From IMG/VR virus record IMGVR_UViG_3300027971_000047, positions 6,639 through 70,638 of that record: DNA of 64,000 nucleotides; one strand, given 5' to 3'. Below, in pieces: positions 9,165 to 18,943 of the stretch. Positions within the stretch are counted from its first letter, which is position 1, and each line of letters opens with the position of its first letter. Source of the DNA: a virus. Both the position numbers and the translations under genes were made by a program. The notes under the pieces were generated by a model. The model worked only from the letters and a program-made list of their open reading frames with translations, searched no databases and had not been told where the DNA came from.

Positions 9165-9838
9165 TGGCATTACCAACAAATTTAAGCACAATAACAATAA
9201 CTGGCGCTTATGTTGATTATTCAGGGACGGCTATTACGGGTCAGATTACTTTTACGCTTGGTGATATTTTGCGTTCAGGAATTGATAATGTAATGGTTGC
9301 TCCATCTACCGTAGTGGTTCCTTTGGTTGCAGGTGCTTTTTCAGTAACGCTACCAGCCACCAATGACCCCGATATAATTCCAAACCCCTATACATATACA
9401 GTTGTTGAGTCTTTTGTTGGAGGAAGAACTTACACAATTAGTGTGCCGTATAACGGAGGCTCTTTGGATTTAGCAGATATAAGCCCACTTCCAACTATTG
9501 CAACTACTTATGTTCAATTAGTAGACGATACAACTTGGACATCGTTAGAGGTTCTAATAGATGCCCTTGATACAAATATCAACCAAACAACCTCAACAAT
9601 AATTGCATCAGGTAAATACTGGTACATACCAGCGACCTATGCTACCTATACAGCGGTTGATACTGCATTTTCCACATATACTGCTTTAACATCAGCAACT
9701 CATTACCTTGATTATTCTGATATTTCTGCATTTGTAACAACGGCTCAAGCATCGGCTAGTTCTGCAACAGCCAGCCTAGCAACAGCCACCACAAACGCAT
9801 CCGCTACAATAAGCCCATTACTTTTAATAGGAGGATAA
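9164..9838 (+). CDS. Putative fibre-base/virion protein (paralog of 8426..8971)
   Basis: N-terminal similarity to 8426 gene; C-terminal PLLLIGG. Confidence 0.6.
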   Translation: MALPTNLSTITITGAYVDYSGTAITGQITFTLGDILRSGIDNVMVAPSTVVVPLVAGAFSVTLPATNDPDIIPNPYTYTVVESFVGGRTYTISVPYNGGSLDLADISPLPTIATTYVQLVDDTTWTSLEVLIDALDTNINQTTSTIIASGKYWYIPATYATYTAVDTAFSTYTALTSATHYLDYSDISAFVTTAQASASSATASLATATTNASATISPLLLIGG

Positions 9839-10165
9839 ATGGCAACATCATATAAGGTGCTTGCACAACAAGCGACTACCACATCTTTAGCGAGCATGTA
9901 CACAGTTCCAGCCTCGACTGAAACTATTATTTCAAGCATAGTAGTTGCCAATGTAAGTGCCAGCGATAGAACTTACAGGATTACTATTCAGCCTAATAAC
10001 GCAACTTTGGCGCAAAAACACTATATTGCCTACGATGTAACCAGTAAAGCCAATTCAACTACCGCCTACACTCTAGGAATTACACTAGACGCCGCTGACC
10101 AAGTTTATATTTATGGCTCAACAACCGACCTTTCTATTTCTCTATTCGGAAGCGAGATATCATAA
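9839..10165 (+). CDS. Putative virion (fibre-associated) protein
   Basis: MATSYKVLAQ...YTVPAST...LGITL...FGSEI; GGAGG RBS. Confidence 0.6.
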   Translation: MATSYKVLAQQATTTSLASMYTVPASTETIISSIVVANVSASDRTYRITIQPNNATLAQKHYIAYDVTSKANSTTAYTLGITLDAADQVYIYGSTTDLSISLFGSEIS

Positions 10166-10166
10166 T

Positions 10167-11141
10167 ATGGCAATAACTACCAATGGTTCCGCTGGAACCG
10201 TACTTGCAGTATCAGCAGATTTAGCACTAGCAATTTCTGATGAATCAGGAACAGGCGTAGTTGTATTTAATACAAGCCCAACTCTTGTAACTCCTGCCCT
10301 TGGAACACCTGCATCAGGAACTCTTACTAACACAACTGGATTACCAGTCAGCGGAATTACAGCCTCAACCTCTACTGCTTTAGGTGTTGGAAGTGTTGAA
10401 TTAGGTCACGCAACCGATACAACTTTAGCCCGTGCTTCTGCTGGTAGATTATCTGTTGAAGGCGTTAATGTTGTTACTGTTTCTTCCACAGATACGCTTA
10501 CTAATAAAACTTTAACATCTCCTACTATTGGTAGTGGTGCTACACATACTGGTTCATCAAGCGGTTCAACAGTATTACAAGCCTCAGCCGCCGCTTCAGG
10601 AACTTTAACATTACCCGCCGCAACCGATACTCTTGTAGGTAAGGCAACAACAGATACCCTTACAAATAAAACTCTAACAAGTCCTGCAATCAATACAGCA
10701 GTTAATAATGGTCTTAATGCTTCTAATGTTGCGACTGGAACTATCGCCGATAACATAGTCAAGGGCTTAAACGAAGATATAAATGTTGTGGCTTCTGCGG
10801 CAACTGGAACAATTAACTTTGATGTAACTACTGCTTCAATTTGGTATTACACTTCAAACGCAACAGCCAACCATACTTTGAACTTTAGATACTCAAGTAG
10901 TGTTTCACTAAATACTTTTATGAACACAGGTGATTCACTTACTGTTGTTTGGCTCAATACAAATGGCTCAACTGCTTACTACCCAAGCGCAATTACTATC
11001 GATGGCAACGCAGTAACTCCAAAAGTTCCTGCTGCTATTACCGCTGGTAATGCTTCATCTATTGATGCGTACTCTTTCACAATTATTAAGACCGCCTCTG
11101 CTACATTTACTGTCCTAGAAACACAAACCAAGTTCGCCTAA
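10167..11141 (+). CDS. Tail/neck fibre-like protein
   Basis: Repeated TDTLTNKTLTSP, Thr/Ser-rich. Confidence 0.65.
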   Translation: MAITTNGSAGTVLAVSADLALAISDESGTGVVVFNTSPTLVTPALGTPASGTLTNTTGLPVSGITASTSTALGVGSVELGHATDTTLARASAGRLSVEGVNVVTVSSTDTLTNKTLTSPTIGSGATHTGSSSGSTVLQASAAASGTLTLPAATDTLVGKATTDTLTNKTLTSPAINTAVNNGLNASNVATGTIADNIVKGLNEDINVVASAATGTINFDVTTASIWYYTSNATANHTLNFRYSSSVSLNTFMNTGDSLTVVWLNTNGSTAYYPSAITIDGNAVTPKVPAAITAGNASSIDAYSFTIIKTASATFTVLETQTKFA

Positions 11142-11154
11142 AGGAGATTCAATT

Positions 11155-12882
11155 ATGCCGTTAATTGCTTCTCGCGCAGGTGGCTCTGTTAGTGGTTTTG
11201 GAGGACTCCGCAGTTTAGGTGGTGGATTTCCGTCTGCTTTTAATTACCTTGTTGTTGCTGGAGGCGGTGGCGGTGGCGGTTCAGATGGTACTGTAGGTGG
11301 TGCTGGTGGTGCTGGAGGACTTCGTTCCACAGTAACCGCAACAGGTGGTGGCGGTGCTTTAGAAACTGCTTTGTCTTTATCACCAAGCACAAGTTACACA
11401 GTTACCGTTGGTGCTGGCGGCGCTCCTAGTCATGCTGCGGGTGCTGGCGGACTAGGAAGTGATTCTGTATTTTCCACAATCACTAGCACAGGTGGCGGAA
11501 ACGGTGCTATTCAAGGCGGTACTGGTGGTAATGGTGGAAGTGCTGGTTCTGGTGGTTGGACTGGTAGTCCAGGAACTCGAACAGCCTCACCAGTTCAAGG
11601 AAATGCGGCTGGTACTTCTGGACCTGGAGGTACAGCATTTGACTCATCAGGTGGTGGTGGTGGTGCTGGAGGTGCTGGAGGTAACCATACATCTAAGTTT
11701 GGTGGTGCTGGTGGTGCTGCTCTTGCAGTTTCAATTACTGGTTCATCTGTAAATTATGCTGGAGGCGGTGCTGGTGCTGGAACTAGCGGTGCTGGAACGC
11801 AATCATCTCCTGGAGGCGCTGGTGGCTTAAATAGTAATGGTGGTTCAGGAACCGTAAATACTGGTGGCGGTGGCGGTGGCACCTGGACAAGTTCAGGTAC
11901 TTACATTGGTGGTGCTGGTGGTAGCGGTGTTGTTATAGTTTCTTATGGAGGTTCTCAAATTGCTTCAGGTGGAACAGTAACAACATCAGGTGGCAATACA
12001 ATTCACACATTTACAGGTTCAGGAACATTTAATACAACTTTAAGTTATCTCGCTAAAGCAAAGGGTGGAACAGTAAATACAGATGGTACTTATTGGTATC
12101 ACACATTTACTGGTTCAGGAACATTTACCCCTGCTCAATCATTAACTGCTGATATGTTAGTAATTGCTGGCGGTGGTGGCTCTGTTGCTACTGCTACTGG
12201 TAGTGGTGCTACAGGTGGAGGCGGAGCAGGTGGATTACAATATACTCCTTCTCAATCTTTAACTGCTTCAGATTACACAGTTACCGTAGGTGCTGGTGGA
12301 GTTAGACTTGCTGGTAATAATTCAAATGTAACTGGTACTGGTATATCTTTAACTGCCGCAGTAGGTGGCGGTTTTGGTGGTGCTAGCGATGCTACTGGTG
12401 GTAGTGGTGGTTCAAGTGGTGGTTCGGGTATGCGTTTTCTAACAAATTCAGGTACCGCAACTAGCGGTCAAGGAAATGTTGGTGGAGTTGGTAGCGGTGG
12501 TTCTACTTACTCTTCAGCAGGTGGTGGTGGAGCAGGTGGAGTTGGTGCAAATGGTGGTTCTAATGCTGGTGGTAATGGTGGTGTAGGTAGTTCTACTTAT
12601 TCCAGTTGGGGTGCTGCAACAAACACAGGTCAAAATGTATCAGGTACTTATTACTACGCTGGTGGTGGTGGTGGAAATTCTTGGGCTCCAGGTACTGAAG
12701 GTGTTGGTGGTTATGGTGGTGGTGGTTCAGGTTATTATATCGGTGGTTACGCTCCTGATAGGGCTGGTACAAATGGAACAGCCAATACAGGTGGCGGAGC
12801 AGGTGGAGGAAATGTTGTAGGAAGTGCGCCTTATCAAGGTATAGGCGGTAGCGGTATTGTTATCATTCGATACGCAGTCTAA
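11155..12882 (+). CDS. Glycine-rich fibre/receptor-binding-like protein with two internal repeats
   Basis: Two LV(V/I)AGGGG...YTVTVGAGG...NTGGG.GG...GGSG.VI..Y units and HTFTGSGTF repeats. Confidence 0.7.
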   Translation: MPLIASRAGGSVSGFGGLRSLGGGFPSAFNYLVVAGGGGGGGSDGTVGGAGGAGGLRSTVTATGGGGALETALSLSPSTSYTVTVGAGGAPSHAAGAGGLGSDSVFSTITSTGGGNGAIQGGTGGNGGSAGSGGWTGSPGTRTASPVQGNAAGTSGPGGTAFDSSGGGGGAGGAGGNHTSKFGGAGGAALAVSITGSSVNYAGGGAGAGTSGAGTQSSPGGAGGLNSNGGSGTVNTGGGGGGTWTSSGTYIGGAGGSGVVIVSYGGSQIASGGTVTTSGGNTIHTFTGSGTFNTTLSYLAKAKGGTVNTDGTYWYHTFTGSGTFTPAQSLTADMLVIAGGGGSVATATGSGATGGGGAGGLQYTPSQSLTASDYTVTVGAGGVRLAGNNSNVTGTGISLTAAVGGGFGGASDATGGSGGSSGGSGMRFLTNSGTATSGQGNVGGVGSGGSTYSSAGGGGAGGVGANGGSNAGGNGGVGSSTYSSWGAATNTGQNVSGTYYYAGGGGGNSWAPGTEGVGGYGGGGSGYYIGGYAPDRAGTNGTANTGGGAGGGNVVGSAPYQGIGGSGIVIIRYAV

Positions 12883-12894
12883 CGAGAGGGTAAT

Positions 12895-13089
12895 ATGAAA
12901 AATGTAAACAAGATTAAAGAAACTAAACCAACTCAATGTTTTAGTTTTGAAGTGATTATGTTAGTCCACATTATTGCCGATAATGAAGCAACTGCTAAAA
13001 CTCAACTTGATGATAAAGGTGGAATCGTCACAAAGCGTGAGGTAAAATTAGTTAATACACAAACTCTCTACGGAGAGGAAAAGGAGTAG
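12895..13089 (+). CDS. Hypothetical protein
   Basis: ORF with GAGAGG RBS. Confidence 0.55.
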   Translation: MKNVNKIKETKPTQCFSFEVIMLVHIIADNEATAKTQLDDKGGIVTKREVKLVNTQTLYGEEKE

Positions 13090-13091
13090 AT

Positions 13092-13427
13092 ATGGGTCAC
13101 TATGCAAAAGTAGAAAACGGAATTGTTACGCAAGTTATTGTTGCCGACGGTCCCGATTGGTGTGAGCAAAACTTAGGTGGGGAATGGGTTCAAACCTCTT
13201 ACAACACATTTGGTGGAGTTCATTCAGAGGGAAAGTTCCCTATCCACAAAAACTATGCAGGTATTGGATATACATTTGACGGCATTGGTTTTTCTGCACC
13301 ACAGCCATATCCATCTTGGATAAAAGATGAAGAAACTTATCTATGGAACGCTCCAACTCCTATGCCAACAGATGACAAGCGTTACTCATGGGACGAAGAT
13401 ACCCTCGCTTGGGTAGAACAAGAATAA
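13092..13427 (+). CDS. Fibre-associated small protein
   Basis: MGHYAKV...WVQTSYN...KNYAGIGY...PQPYPSW...W.APTPMP, follows Gly-rich gene. Confidence 0.6.
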   Translation: MGHYAKVENGIVTQVIVADGPDWCEQNLGGEWVQTSYNTFGGVHSEGKFPIHKNYAGIGYTFDGIGFSAPQPYPSWIKDEETYLWNAPTPMPTDDKRYSWDEDTLAWVEQE

Positions 13428-13441
13428 CTAAGGAGTAAATC

Positions 13442-13792
13442 ATGGCAGGTACAACAACTAAGGGGTTTAGATACCCAACGGCGGGTGATAACCCTGCCAT
13501 TCATACTGACTTCCTTAATTTAGCAACAGATATTGATAACTACTTTAACGCGCCACAAGTCACAACAAGCCTTGTATTTGAGGGTGCTACCGCAGATGCT
13601 TTTGAAACTACACTTACAGTTGTAGACCCAACGGCAGATAGAACTATTACTTTGCCAAATGTAACTGGAACAGTAGTTACAACAGGAGATACTGGAACGG
13701 TAACAAATACTATGTTAGCCAGTACATACGCAACAGATATTTCTGCTTTAGACCGTGCTAGACAAACTGCATTTATGCTTGGTGGAATGTAA
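13442..13792 (+). CDS. Fibre-like virion protein
   Basis: FEGATADAFETTLTVVDPTADRTITLP motif; C-terminal AFMLGGM. Confidence 0.6.
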   Translation: MAGTTTKGFRYPTAGDNPAIHTDFLNLATDIDNYFNAPQVTTSLVFEGATADAFETTLTVVDPTADRTITLPNVTGTVVTTGDTGTVTNTMLASTYATDISALDRARQTAFMLGGM

Positions 13793-14235
13793 TGACTTTT
13801 ACCTACTCAAGTGACCCGTCTACCTCAACCCGTAATAAAGTTCGGTTTCTTATCAACGATGTTGATTCTACCGATGCTCTTTTTAATGACGCTGAGTTAG
13901 ATTATTTAATTGCCGAGTGGGTAGATGTATATGAAATTTGTCGTGCCGCGTGTGAAACTCTTGCTTCTCGTTTCAATCGTTTAGCAGATTCAACTTCAAA
14001 GAGTGTAGGAGACATTTCGGTATCTGAGTCGTACTCCGCTAAATCACAACAATACCAAGACCTTGCTGATAATTTTCTTAAGCGCCGTATGCGTAAAACT
14101 CCTCCTCGTCCATTTGCCAACGCCGATTCTCTTAAATCTACAAATGACAGACTTGTTACGGATTACAATACTGATGCTTATGCTGGAATTCACGACAACC
14201 CTAACAATGTCTATGACCGCCGTATAGTTGAATAG
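13792..14235 (+). CDS. Head-tail adaptor (connector) protein
   Basis: KVRFLI.D.D...LF.D.EL, SKSVGDISVS pattern; position. Confidence 0.65.
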   Translation: MTFTYSSDPSTSTRNKVRFLINDVDSTDALFNDAELDYLIAEWVDVYEICRAACETLASRFNRLADSTSKSVGDISVSESYSAKSQQYQDLADNFLKRRMRKTPPRPFANADSLKSTNDRLVTDYNTDAYAGIHDNPNNVYDRRIVE

Positions 14236-14244
14236 GGGTAGCCA

Positions 14245-14571
14245 ATGGATGCTATCTATACCAAAGTTGCAGAGTTCCTTACCGACTCTGTTGTTTTTAC
14301 CGCCAAAGCCTCTGTTGATAAATATAACAAACCTACTTTTAGTGGAGACACCACCGTAACTGGTCGTTTAATTTACGGACAAACAAAATCTAAAGATGTT
14401 CAAGGTCAAGAAGTTGTAGATATTGGGAGATTTATTACTAATGGTCCTGCCGCAACAATTACGGTAGGTCATAAAATGGTTGTCGGGGCGGACACCTTTA
14501 CAATAAATGCAATAGACAAAATCAAAGACGAAAACGGAGCGCATCACGCCGTCATCAGATTTGGGCGTTAG
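14245..14571 (+). CDS. Head closure/stopper protein
   Basis: D.YNKP motif, size and position between adaptor and gp10-like gene. Confidence 0.55.
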   Translation: MDAIYTKVAEFLTDSVVFTAKASVDKYNKPTFSGDTTVTGRLIYGQTKSKDVQGQEVVDIGRFITNGPAATITVGHKMVVGADTFTINAIDKIKDENGAHHAVIRFGR

Positions 14572-14573
14572 AC

Positions 14574-14984
14574 ATGGCAAAGTCGTCTTTTACACTCGAC
14601 TTATTCGGCGACCAAGAGTTAGTTAATGCTCTCAAGGCTGGAGCAGAAGATACTCCTCAAGCAATAGCCCAAGCAATTTATGAAGAAGCCAATGTTATTT
14701 TTGCTAAGTCACAAGTTCTTGTTCCAGTAGATACTGGAGTTCTTCGTGGTTCAGGTGGAGTCTCTGCGCCACAAATGGGAAACACAGGCTATTTTGTAGA
14801 TATTTTCTATGGTGGTCCCGCCGCTTCTTATGCTCTTTATGTCCATGAGATTATTGGCAACTATCACAATCCACCAACTCAGGCTAAATACCTTGAGCAA
14901 CCAGTCATGGAAGCGATGTCTACAATCCAAGAAAACATAAAGGGTAGAATTATCGACATCATACAGAAAGGGCATAGAAACTAA
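14574..14984 (+). CDS. HK97 gp10-like neck/tail-completion protein
   Basis: VPVDTGVLR.S, YALYVHE, AKYLEQP. Confidence 0.75.
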   Translation: MAKSSFTLDLFGDQELVNALKAGAEDTPQAIAQAIYEEANVIFAKSQVLVPVDTGVLRGSGGVSAPQMGNTGYFVDIFYGGPAASYALYVHEIIGNYHNPPTQAKYLEQPVMEAMSTIQENIKGRIIDIIQKGHRN

Positions 14985-15385
14985 TGGCAACTATTCTTGA
15001 ATCAGTAGGTGACTATTTAGTTACTAATAGCCAAGGAACTCTTGGAACTAACATCTTTTTAGGAACTCTTCCTGAAACACCTGACGCTTGCGTAGCAGTT
15101 TATGAGAACGCTGGAAGTTCCCCAACATTTACTATGGGGTCAGGCGGTATCAGAATTGACTACCCAATGCTTCAAATTATCTGCCGAGCAGGTAGAGAAG
15201 ATTATCCAACGGCTAGAGACAAAGCAGAAACAATTCGCGTTTTACTCGCGTCGGTGCTTGAACAATCGGTCTCAGGGGTGCATATTATGAGGATTGAACC
15301 GATGGGTTCAGTAAACATGTTAGGAGTAGACCCGAAGTACCGCCCACTAATCTCGGTGAATTTCCGATGCTTAGTGAGAATGTAA
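14984..15385 (+). CDS. Tail terminator / minor capsid-type protein
   Basis: IFLG.LPETPD, P.LQI..R, G.D...RP..SVNF. Confidence 0.65.
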   Translation: MATILESVGDYLVTNSQGTLGTNIFLGTLPETPDACVAVYENAGSSPTFTMGSGGIRIDYPMLQIICRAGREDYPTARDKAETIRVLLASVLEQSVSGVHIMRIEPMGSVNMLGVDPKYRPLISVNFRCLVRM

Positions 15386-15555
15386 ACGAGGAGCCAACGG
15401 CTCCGCAAGAGAGAGTGGTAGACCCGTATGGCAGAAACGCAACAACCGATGAGTTCCAACGATGCTGGAAATGTGACAGGCTCCTCTTCGAAAGTGCAAC
15501 GCGTCCATGGAGTATCCGATGCCCAAGGTGTAAATCCAAAAATAAATCAGGATGA
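15367..15555 (+). CDS. Zinc-ribbon protein, Mu Com-like
   Basis: RCWKCDRLLF...IRCPRCK..N; start uncertain. Confidence 0.55.
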   Translation: MLSENVNEEPTAPQERVVDPYGRNATTDEFQRCWKCDRLLFESATRPWSIRCPRCKSKNKSG

Positions 15556-15814
15556 TTTTTTTAAGGATTTAGATTCTTTAGTTGGTTCAGGTAGAGGACA
15601 GAGCGGTTGTTCAATTGGTAAGTTAGTCGCAGATTTAGATGAACCTTTGCGTTCTAAACTAAATGAAATTATGCGAAATGAAAAAGTAAACTCATCTCGT
15701 CTTGGCGAGGTTATGTTAGCCTACGGACTTCAAGTATCTTCCAGCGATGTTCTTAGAAGGCATCGACGAAGGCTTATAGGCAAAGATGGGTGTAAGTGTC
15801 CGAATGAGTCTTGA
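15428..15814 (+). CDS. Hypothetical protein (start uncertain)
   Basis: CSIG...RRHRR..GCKC pattern upstream of phosphoesterase. Confidence 0.45.
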   Translation: MAETQQPMSSNDAGNVTGSSSKVQRVHGVSDAQGVNPKINQDDFFKDLDSLVGSGRGQSGCSIGKLVADLDEPLRSKLNEIMRNEKVNSSRLGEVMLAYGLQVSSSDVLRRHRRRLIGKDGCKCPNES

Positions 15815-16997
15815 TGATGCTTTAGATAATTTACTTAAGACTAGCGAGATAAATTCAGTTCAAAAAACTGAACCTCGTCAAAGACAAGCAGAGTGGTTGC
15901 CTGGAGTAACTTGGCAAGGTGAAGAGGGAACGGTAACCACTCAGCCCATGGAGGGCGATAACTCTCCTGATTGGTCGGGAGTTCTTAGGATGTGGGGATT
16001 AGACCCCGAACATTTTCAAGTAGTAGAACCAGTTCTTTTTAATGTGTGGGGCGATACTTTAGGAGTTCTTAACCGCCAATGGAAAGGTAAAGTAGTTCGC
16101 AAAGGCAAACAAGAAGTTGCCGATATTGAAGCCTTAATTGCAGAAATTAAAAAACATAAACCCCGCGAGCGCAAAGAAATGACAGGTGGAGCAAGCCTTG
16201 TCGTATGTGCCTCGGACTGGCAGGTAGGTAAAAGAGATGGTGATGGTCTAAAAGGTTTAGTTGGTAGATGGCTCCAAGCAGTTGATGATGTTGAGTTCAG
16301 AATTAAAGAATTAAAAAAGATAGGTCGCCCAATTGATTCAATCACCGTTTTATGTCTAGGTGATTTAGTTGAAGGATGCGATGGTCACTATGACATTCAA
16401 ACCTTTACAGTTGAGGTTGATAGAAGAGACCAAGTAAAGATTGCTCGTCGTCTCCTAAGAGATGCTCTTATCCGTTGGTCAAAGGTTGTCCCTAATATCA
16501 CCGTCATGGCAATTGGTGGAAACCATGGTGAGAACCGTAAGAATGGAAAAGCCTTTACTACTCTTAATGATAATGATGATGTAGCCCTAGTTGAGTCCGT
16601 TGCTGAAATCTTCCAAGCCAACCCTGAAGCCTATGGTCACATTCGTTTTGCTATCCCAACGGAGGAGTTGAGTCTTACTCTTGAAGTTAATGGAAAGATT
16701 ATTGGAATTACTCATGGACACCTTGCTCGTAGCGCAGGAAGTCCTGAAGCAAAACTTCGCAGATGGATTGCTGACCAAACTCTAGGACGCCAATCAATTG
16801 GCGATTGTGACATTTTAGTTTCAGGTCACTATCATTCATTTCGTCTAGCAGATTGGGGAGGAGTTAAATGGCTACAAGCACCAGCCCTCGACGGGGGAAG
16901 CGTTTGGTGGAGACAATCCAAGGGGGAGGTTGCGGCTGTGGGAGTTCTGACATTCCTAGTAACGAGCGAGGGAGTCTCGGACATCCAAGTATTATGA
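15804..16997 (+). CDS. Calcineurin-like metallophosphoesterase
   Basis: SDWQ.G, GDLVEG, GNHG, THGH, GHYH motifs. Confidence 0.8.
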   Translation: MSLDDALDNLLKTSEINSVQKTEPRQRQAEWLPGVTWQGEEGTVTTQPMEGDNSPDWSGVLRMWGLDPEHFQVVEPVLFNVWGDTLGVLNRQWKGKVVRKGKQEVADIEALIAEIKKHKPRERKEMTGGASLVVCASDWQVGKRDGDGLKGLVGRWLQAVDDVEFRIKELKKIGRPIDSITVLCLGDLVEGCDGHYDIQTFTVEVDRRDQVKIARRLLRDALIRWSKVVPNITVMAIGGNHGENRKNGKAFTTLNDNDDVALVESVAEIFQANPEAYGHIRFAIPTEELSLTLEVNGKIIGITHGHLARSAGSPEAKLRRWIADQTLGRQSIGDCDILVSGHYHSFRLADWGGVKWLQAPALDGGSVWWRQSKGEVAAVGVLTFLVTSEGVSDIQVL

Positions 16998-17278
16998 ACG
17001 ACCCTAGAGACATTGCTTTATATGCCGCTGAATTGGTCTCAGGAGAGCGTCAGGAGGCTTACGGGCATCCGCTTGATAACTTTACCCGTGCCTCAAAGAT
17101 ATGGTCTGTAATCCTCGGCTGTGAGGTTTCTGCCGAGCAAGTTGCCCTCTGTATGGTCGGCATGAAAATAGCCCGTGAAGTAAATCAATCTAAGCCCGAT
17201 ACCGCAGTAGATGGCATTGGTTATTTCTTAACTCTTGGAATGATTCAAGAAGAACGCTTAAGAAGAGATAATATCTAA
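16994..17278 (+). CDS. DUF6378-like (nucleotide pyrophosphohydrolase-like) protein
   Basis: [13 protein letters not shown]..., QVALCM..MK.AR, D..GY; ATGA overlap. Confidence 0.6.
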   Translation: MNDPRDIALYAAELVSGERQEAYGHPLDNFTRASKIWSVILGCEVSAEQVALCMVGMKIAREVNQSKPDTAVDGIGYFLTLGMIQEERLRRDNI

Positions 17279-17303
17279 CTAAAAGTAAAAATCTTCATAC
17301 GCT

Positions 17304-17412
17304 ATACTAAACTCAATGTGCGCTTAGTCGCCTGAGTTTTTCGTCTCTTCCGTGTCCGAGTGACCTTGACGGTCACTCGGGTTTTCTATGTGCCGTCACG
17401 GAGGAGGTTTTA
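17304..17412 (+). promoter_or_regulatory. Promoter (TATACT) and structured 5' leader of the tail operon
   Basis: Perfect hairpin 17356-17380; 17344-17354 can pair with the GGAGG RBS region. Confidence 0.5.
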
Positions 17413-17724
17413 ATGGCTCGTTATAGAGTCTTACAGGGTATTGATTACCCACCTAATAAACGCGCTGAAGTTGGGGATGTTGTTGAAGATATTCCAGCCC
17501 AGTCAGTTAAATGGCTTTTAGATTCAGGAATTATTGAAGATACAGATAAGCCAGCAAAGAAAATCGAAAAGTCTGTTGTTGAAGAACCTAAAGCCGAACC
17601 AGTTGCAGAGGTTGTAGAAGAACCTGTTGTTGCAGATGGTTTTGACGCCGATGCCACAGATGGTGATGGCGATGGATTCCTACAAGATGGAACCCCACAT
17701 CAACGCCCAGTTGAGGAGAAATAA
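17413..17724 (+). CDS. Small acidic virion-associated protein with DGDGDG..DGT tail
   Basis: GGAGG RBS; directly precedes tail tube genes. Confidence 0.65.
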   Translation: MARYRVLQGIDYPPNKRAEVGDVVEDIPAQSVKWLLDSGIIEDTDKPAKKIEKSVVEEPKAEPVAEVVEEPVVADGFDADATDGDGDGFLQDGTPHQRPVEEK

Positions 17725-18455
17725 TGCCTACATTCGCCCATGGTAAAAATGTCAATGTATTTCTAAATGAGTTTGATTTTTCTACCTATTTTAATGATGT
17801 TAGCGCTTCAACAAGTGTTGATACCGCTGAGACAAGTGCCTTCGGTACAAGCGCTAAGACCTACATTGTCGGTCACCGAGACGGAACAATCTCTCTTTCA
17901 GGAATGTTTGAAGGAACCGCCTCCGTAGGAACAGATGTTTTTTTTGCAACCGCTCTTGGCTCCGCTACAAAAAATAAAATAATTGTTGCTCCCCAAGGTA
18001 ATTCAGTTGCCGCAGGAGCAATTATGTTAGTTGCCGACGATACATCTTATGAGGTCTCAAGTGCCATCGCAGATGTTGTCCAAGCAAGCGCAGAATTCCA
18101 ATCAACAGATGCAGTTGAACACGGGAAGATTCTTTCCTCGGGTTCGGCTATTTCTGCGACTGGAAATGGAACAGGCGTAGATAACACCACTTCTTCCTTA
18201 AATGGCGGAGCGGGATTCTTGTCAGTTCCAGTTAATACCCGTAACGGAACAATCGGTGTAAAGGTTCAACACTCAGCAGATAACTCAACTTTTGCTGACC
18301 TTGTTTCTTTCACAACCGTTACAAGCACTCAAAAAACCTCAGAAAGAGTTGAGGTTGCAAGCGGAACAACAATCAATCGATACCTACGAGTTGTATACAC
18401 AGTCGCAGGTTCAACAGGCTCGGCTACCCCTGTGGTGGCTTTTACTAGGAGGTAA
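17724..18455 (+). CDS. Tail tube-like protein with C-terminal extra domain
   Basis: VDTAETSAFG.SAK.Y.VG..D.TIS.SG.F shared with next gene. Confidence 0.65.
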   Translation: MPTFAHGKNVNVFLNEFDFSTYFNDVSASTSVDTAETSAFGTSAKTYIVGHRDGTISLSGMFEGTASVGTDVFFATALGSATKNKIIVAPQGNSVAAGAIMLVADDTSYEVSSAIADVVQASAEFQSTDAVEHGKILSSGSAISATGNGTGVDNTTSSLNGGAGFLSVPVNTRNGTIGVKVQHSADNSTFADLVSFTTVTSTQKTSERVEVASGTTINRYLRVVYTVAGSTGSATPVVAFTRR

Positions 18456-18459
18456 AAAA

Positions 18460-18876
18460 ATGCCAACATTTAGACATGGTAAATCCACCGTATTCAAGGT
18501 AGACAACAACGCTGGAACCCTTACCGATATTAGCAATACCCTTACAGATGTTTCATTCCCACAATCAGTAGACACAGCCGAGACCAGCGCTTTTGGTTCA
18601 TCAGCAAAGTCTTATGTAGTTGGGCTAACAGATGCAACGATTTCAGTATCAGGTAACTTTGATGCAACAGTTGATGCTCACCTAGCGGCTATCGTAGGAA
18701 AAGCAGATTCAGTTTCATTCGAGTACGGTCCTGAAGGTTCAACTGCTACTTACACAAAGTACACAGGAGAAGCACTTCTAACCTCTTACGAGAAGAGTGG
18801 TGCTATCGGAGATGTAGTGACATACTCAGCCGAGTTCCAAGTAACAGGCGCCGTAACACGCGGTACCTACGCTTAA
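18460..18876 (+). CDS. Major tail tube protein
   Basis: MPTFRHGK start after AGGAGG; ends SAEFQVTGAV; precedes chaperone and tape measure. Confidence 0.72.
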   Translation: MPTFRHGKSTVFKVDNNAGTLTDISNTLTDVSFPQSVDTAETSAFGSSAKSYVVGLTDATISVSGNFDATVDAHLAAIVGKADSVSFEYGPEGSTATYTKYTGEALLTSYEKSGAIGDVVTYSAEFQVTGAVTRGTYA

Positions 18877-18943
18877 TAGGAATTGTTTCAAAAAAACTAA
18901 ATAATTTATCGTGACCAACCTAGTGTCCCAAGGAGAAAAAGAA

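Noticed and set aside
11155-12882. Collagen-like protein or diversity-generating retroelement target
   Set aside because: Gly runs are not Gly-X-Y; no reverse transcriptase or template/variable repeat pair seen
18292-18459. N-terminal extension of the tail tube ORF in the track
   Set aside because: Overlaps the previous gene; AGGAGG and paralogy point to ATG 18460
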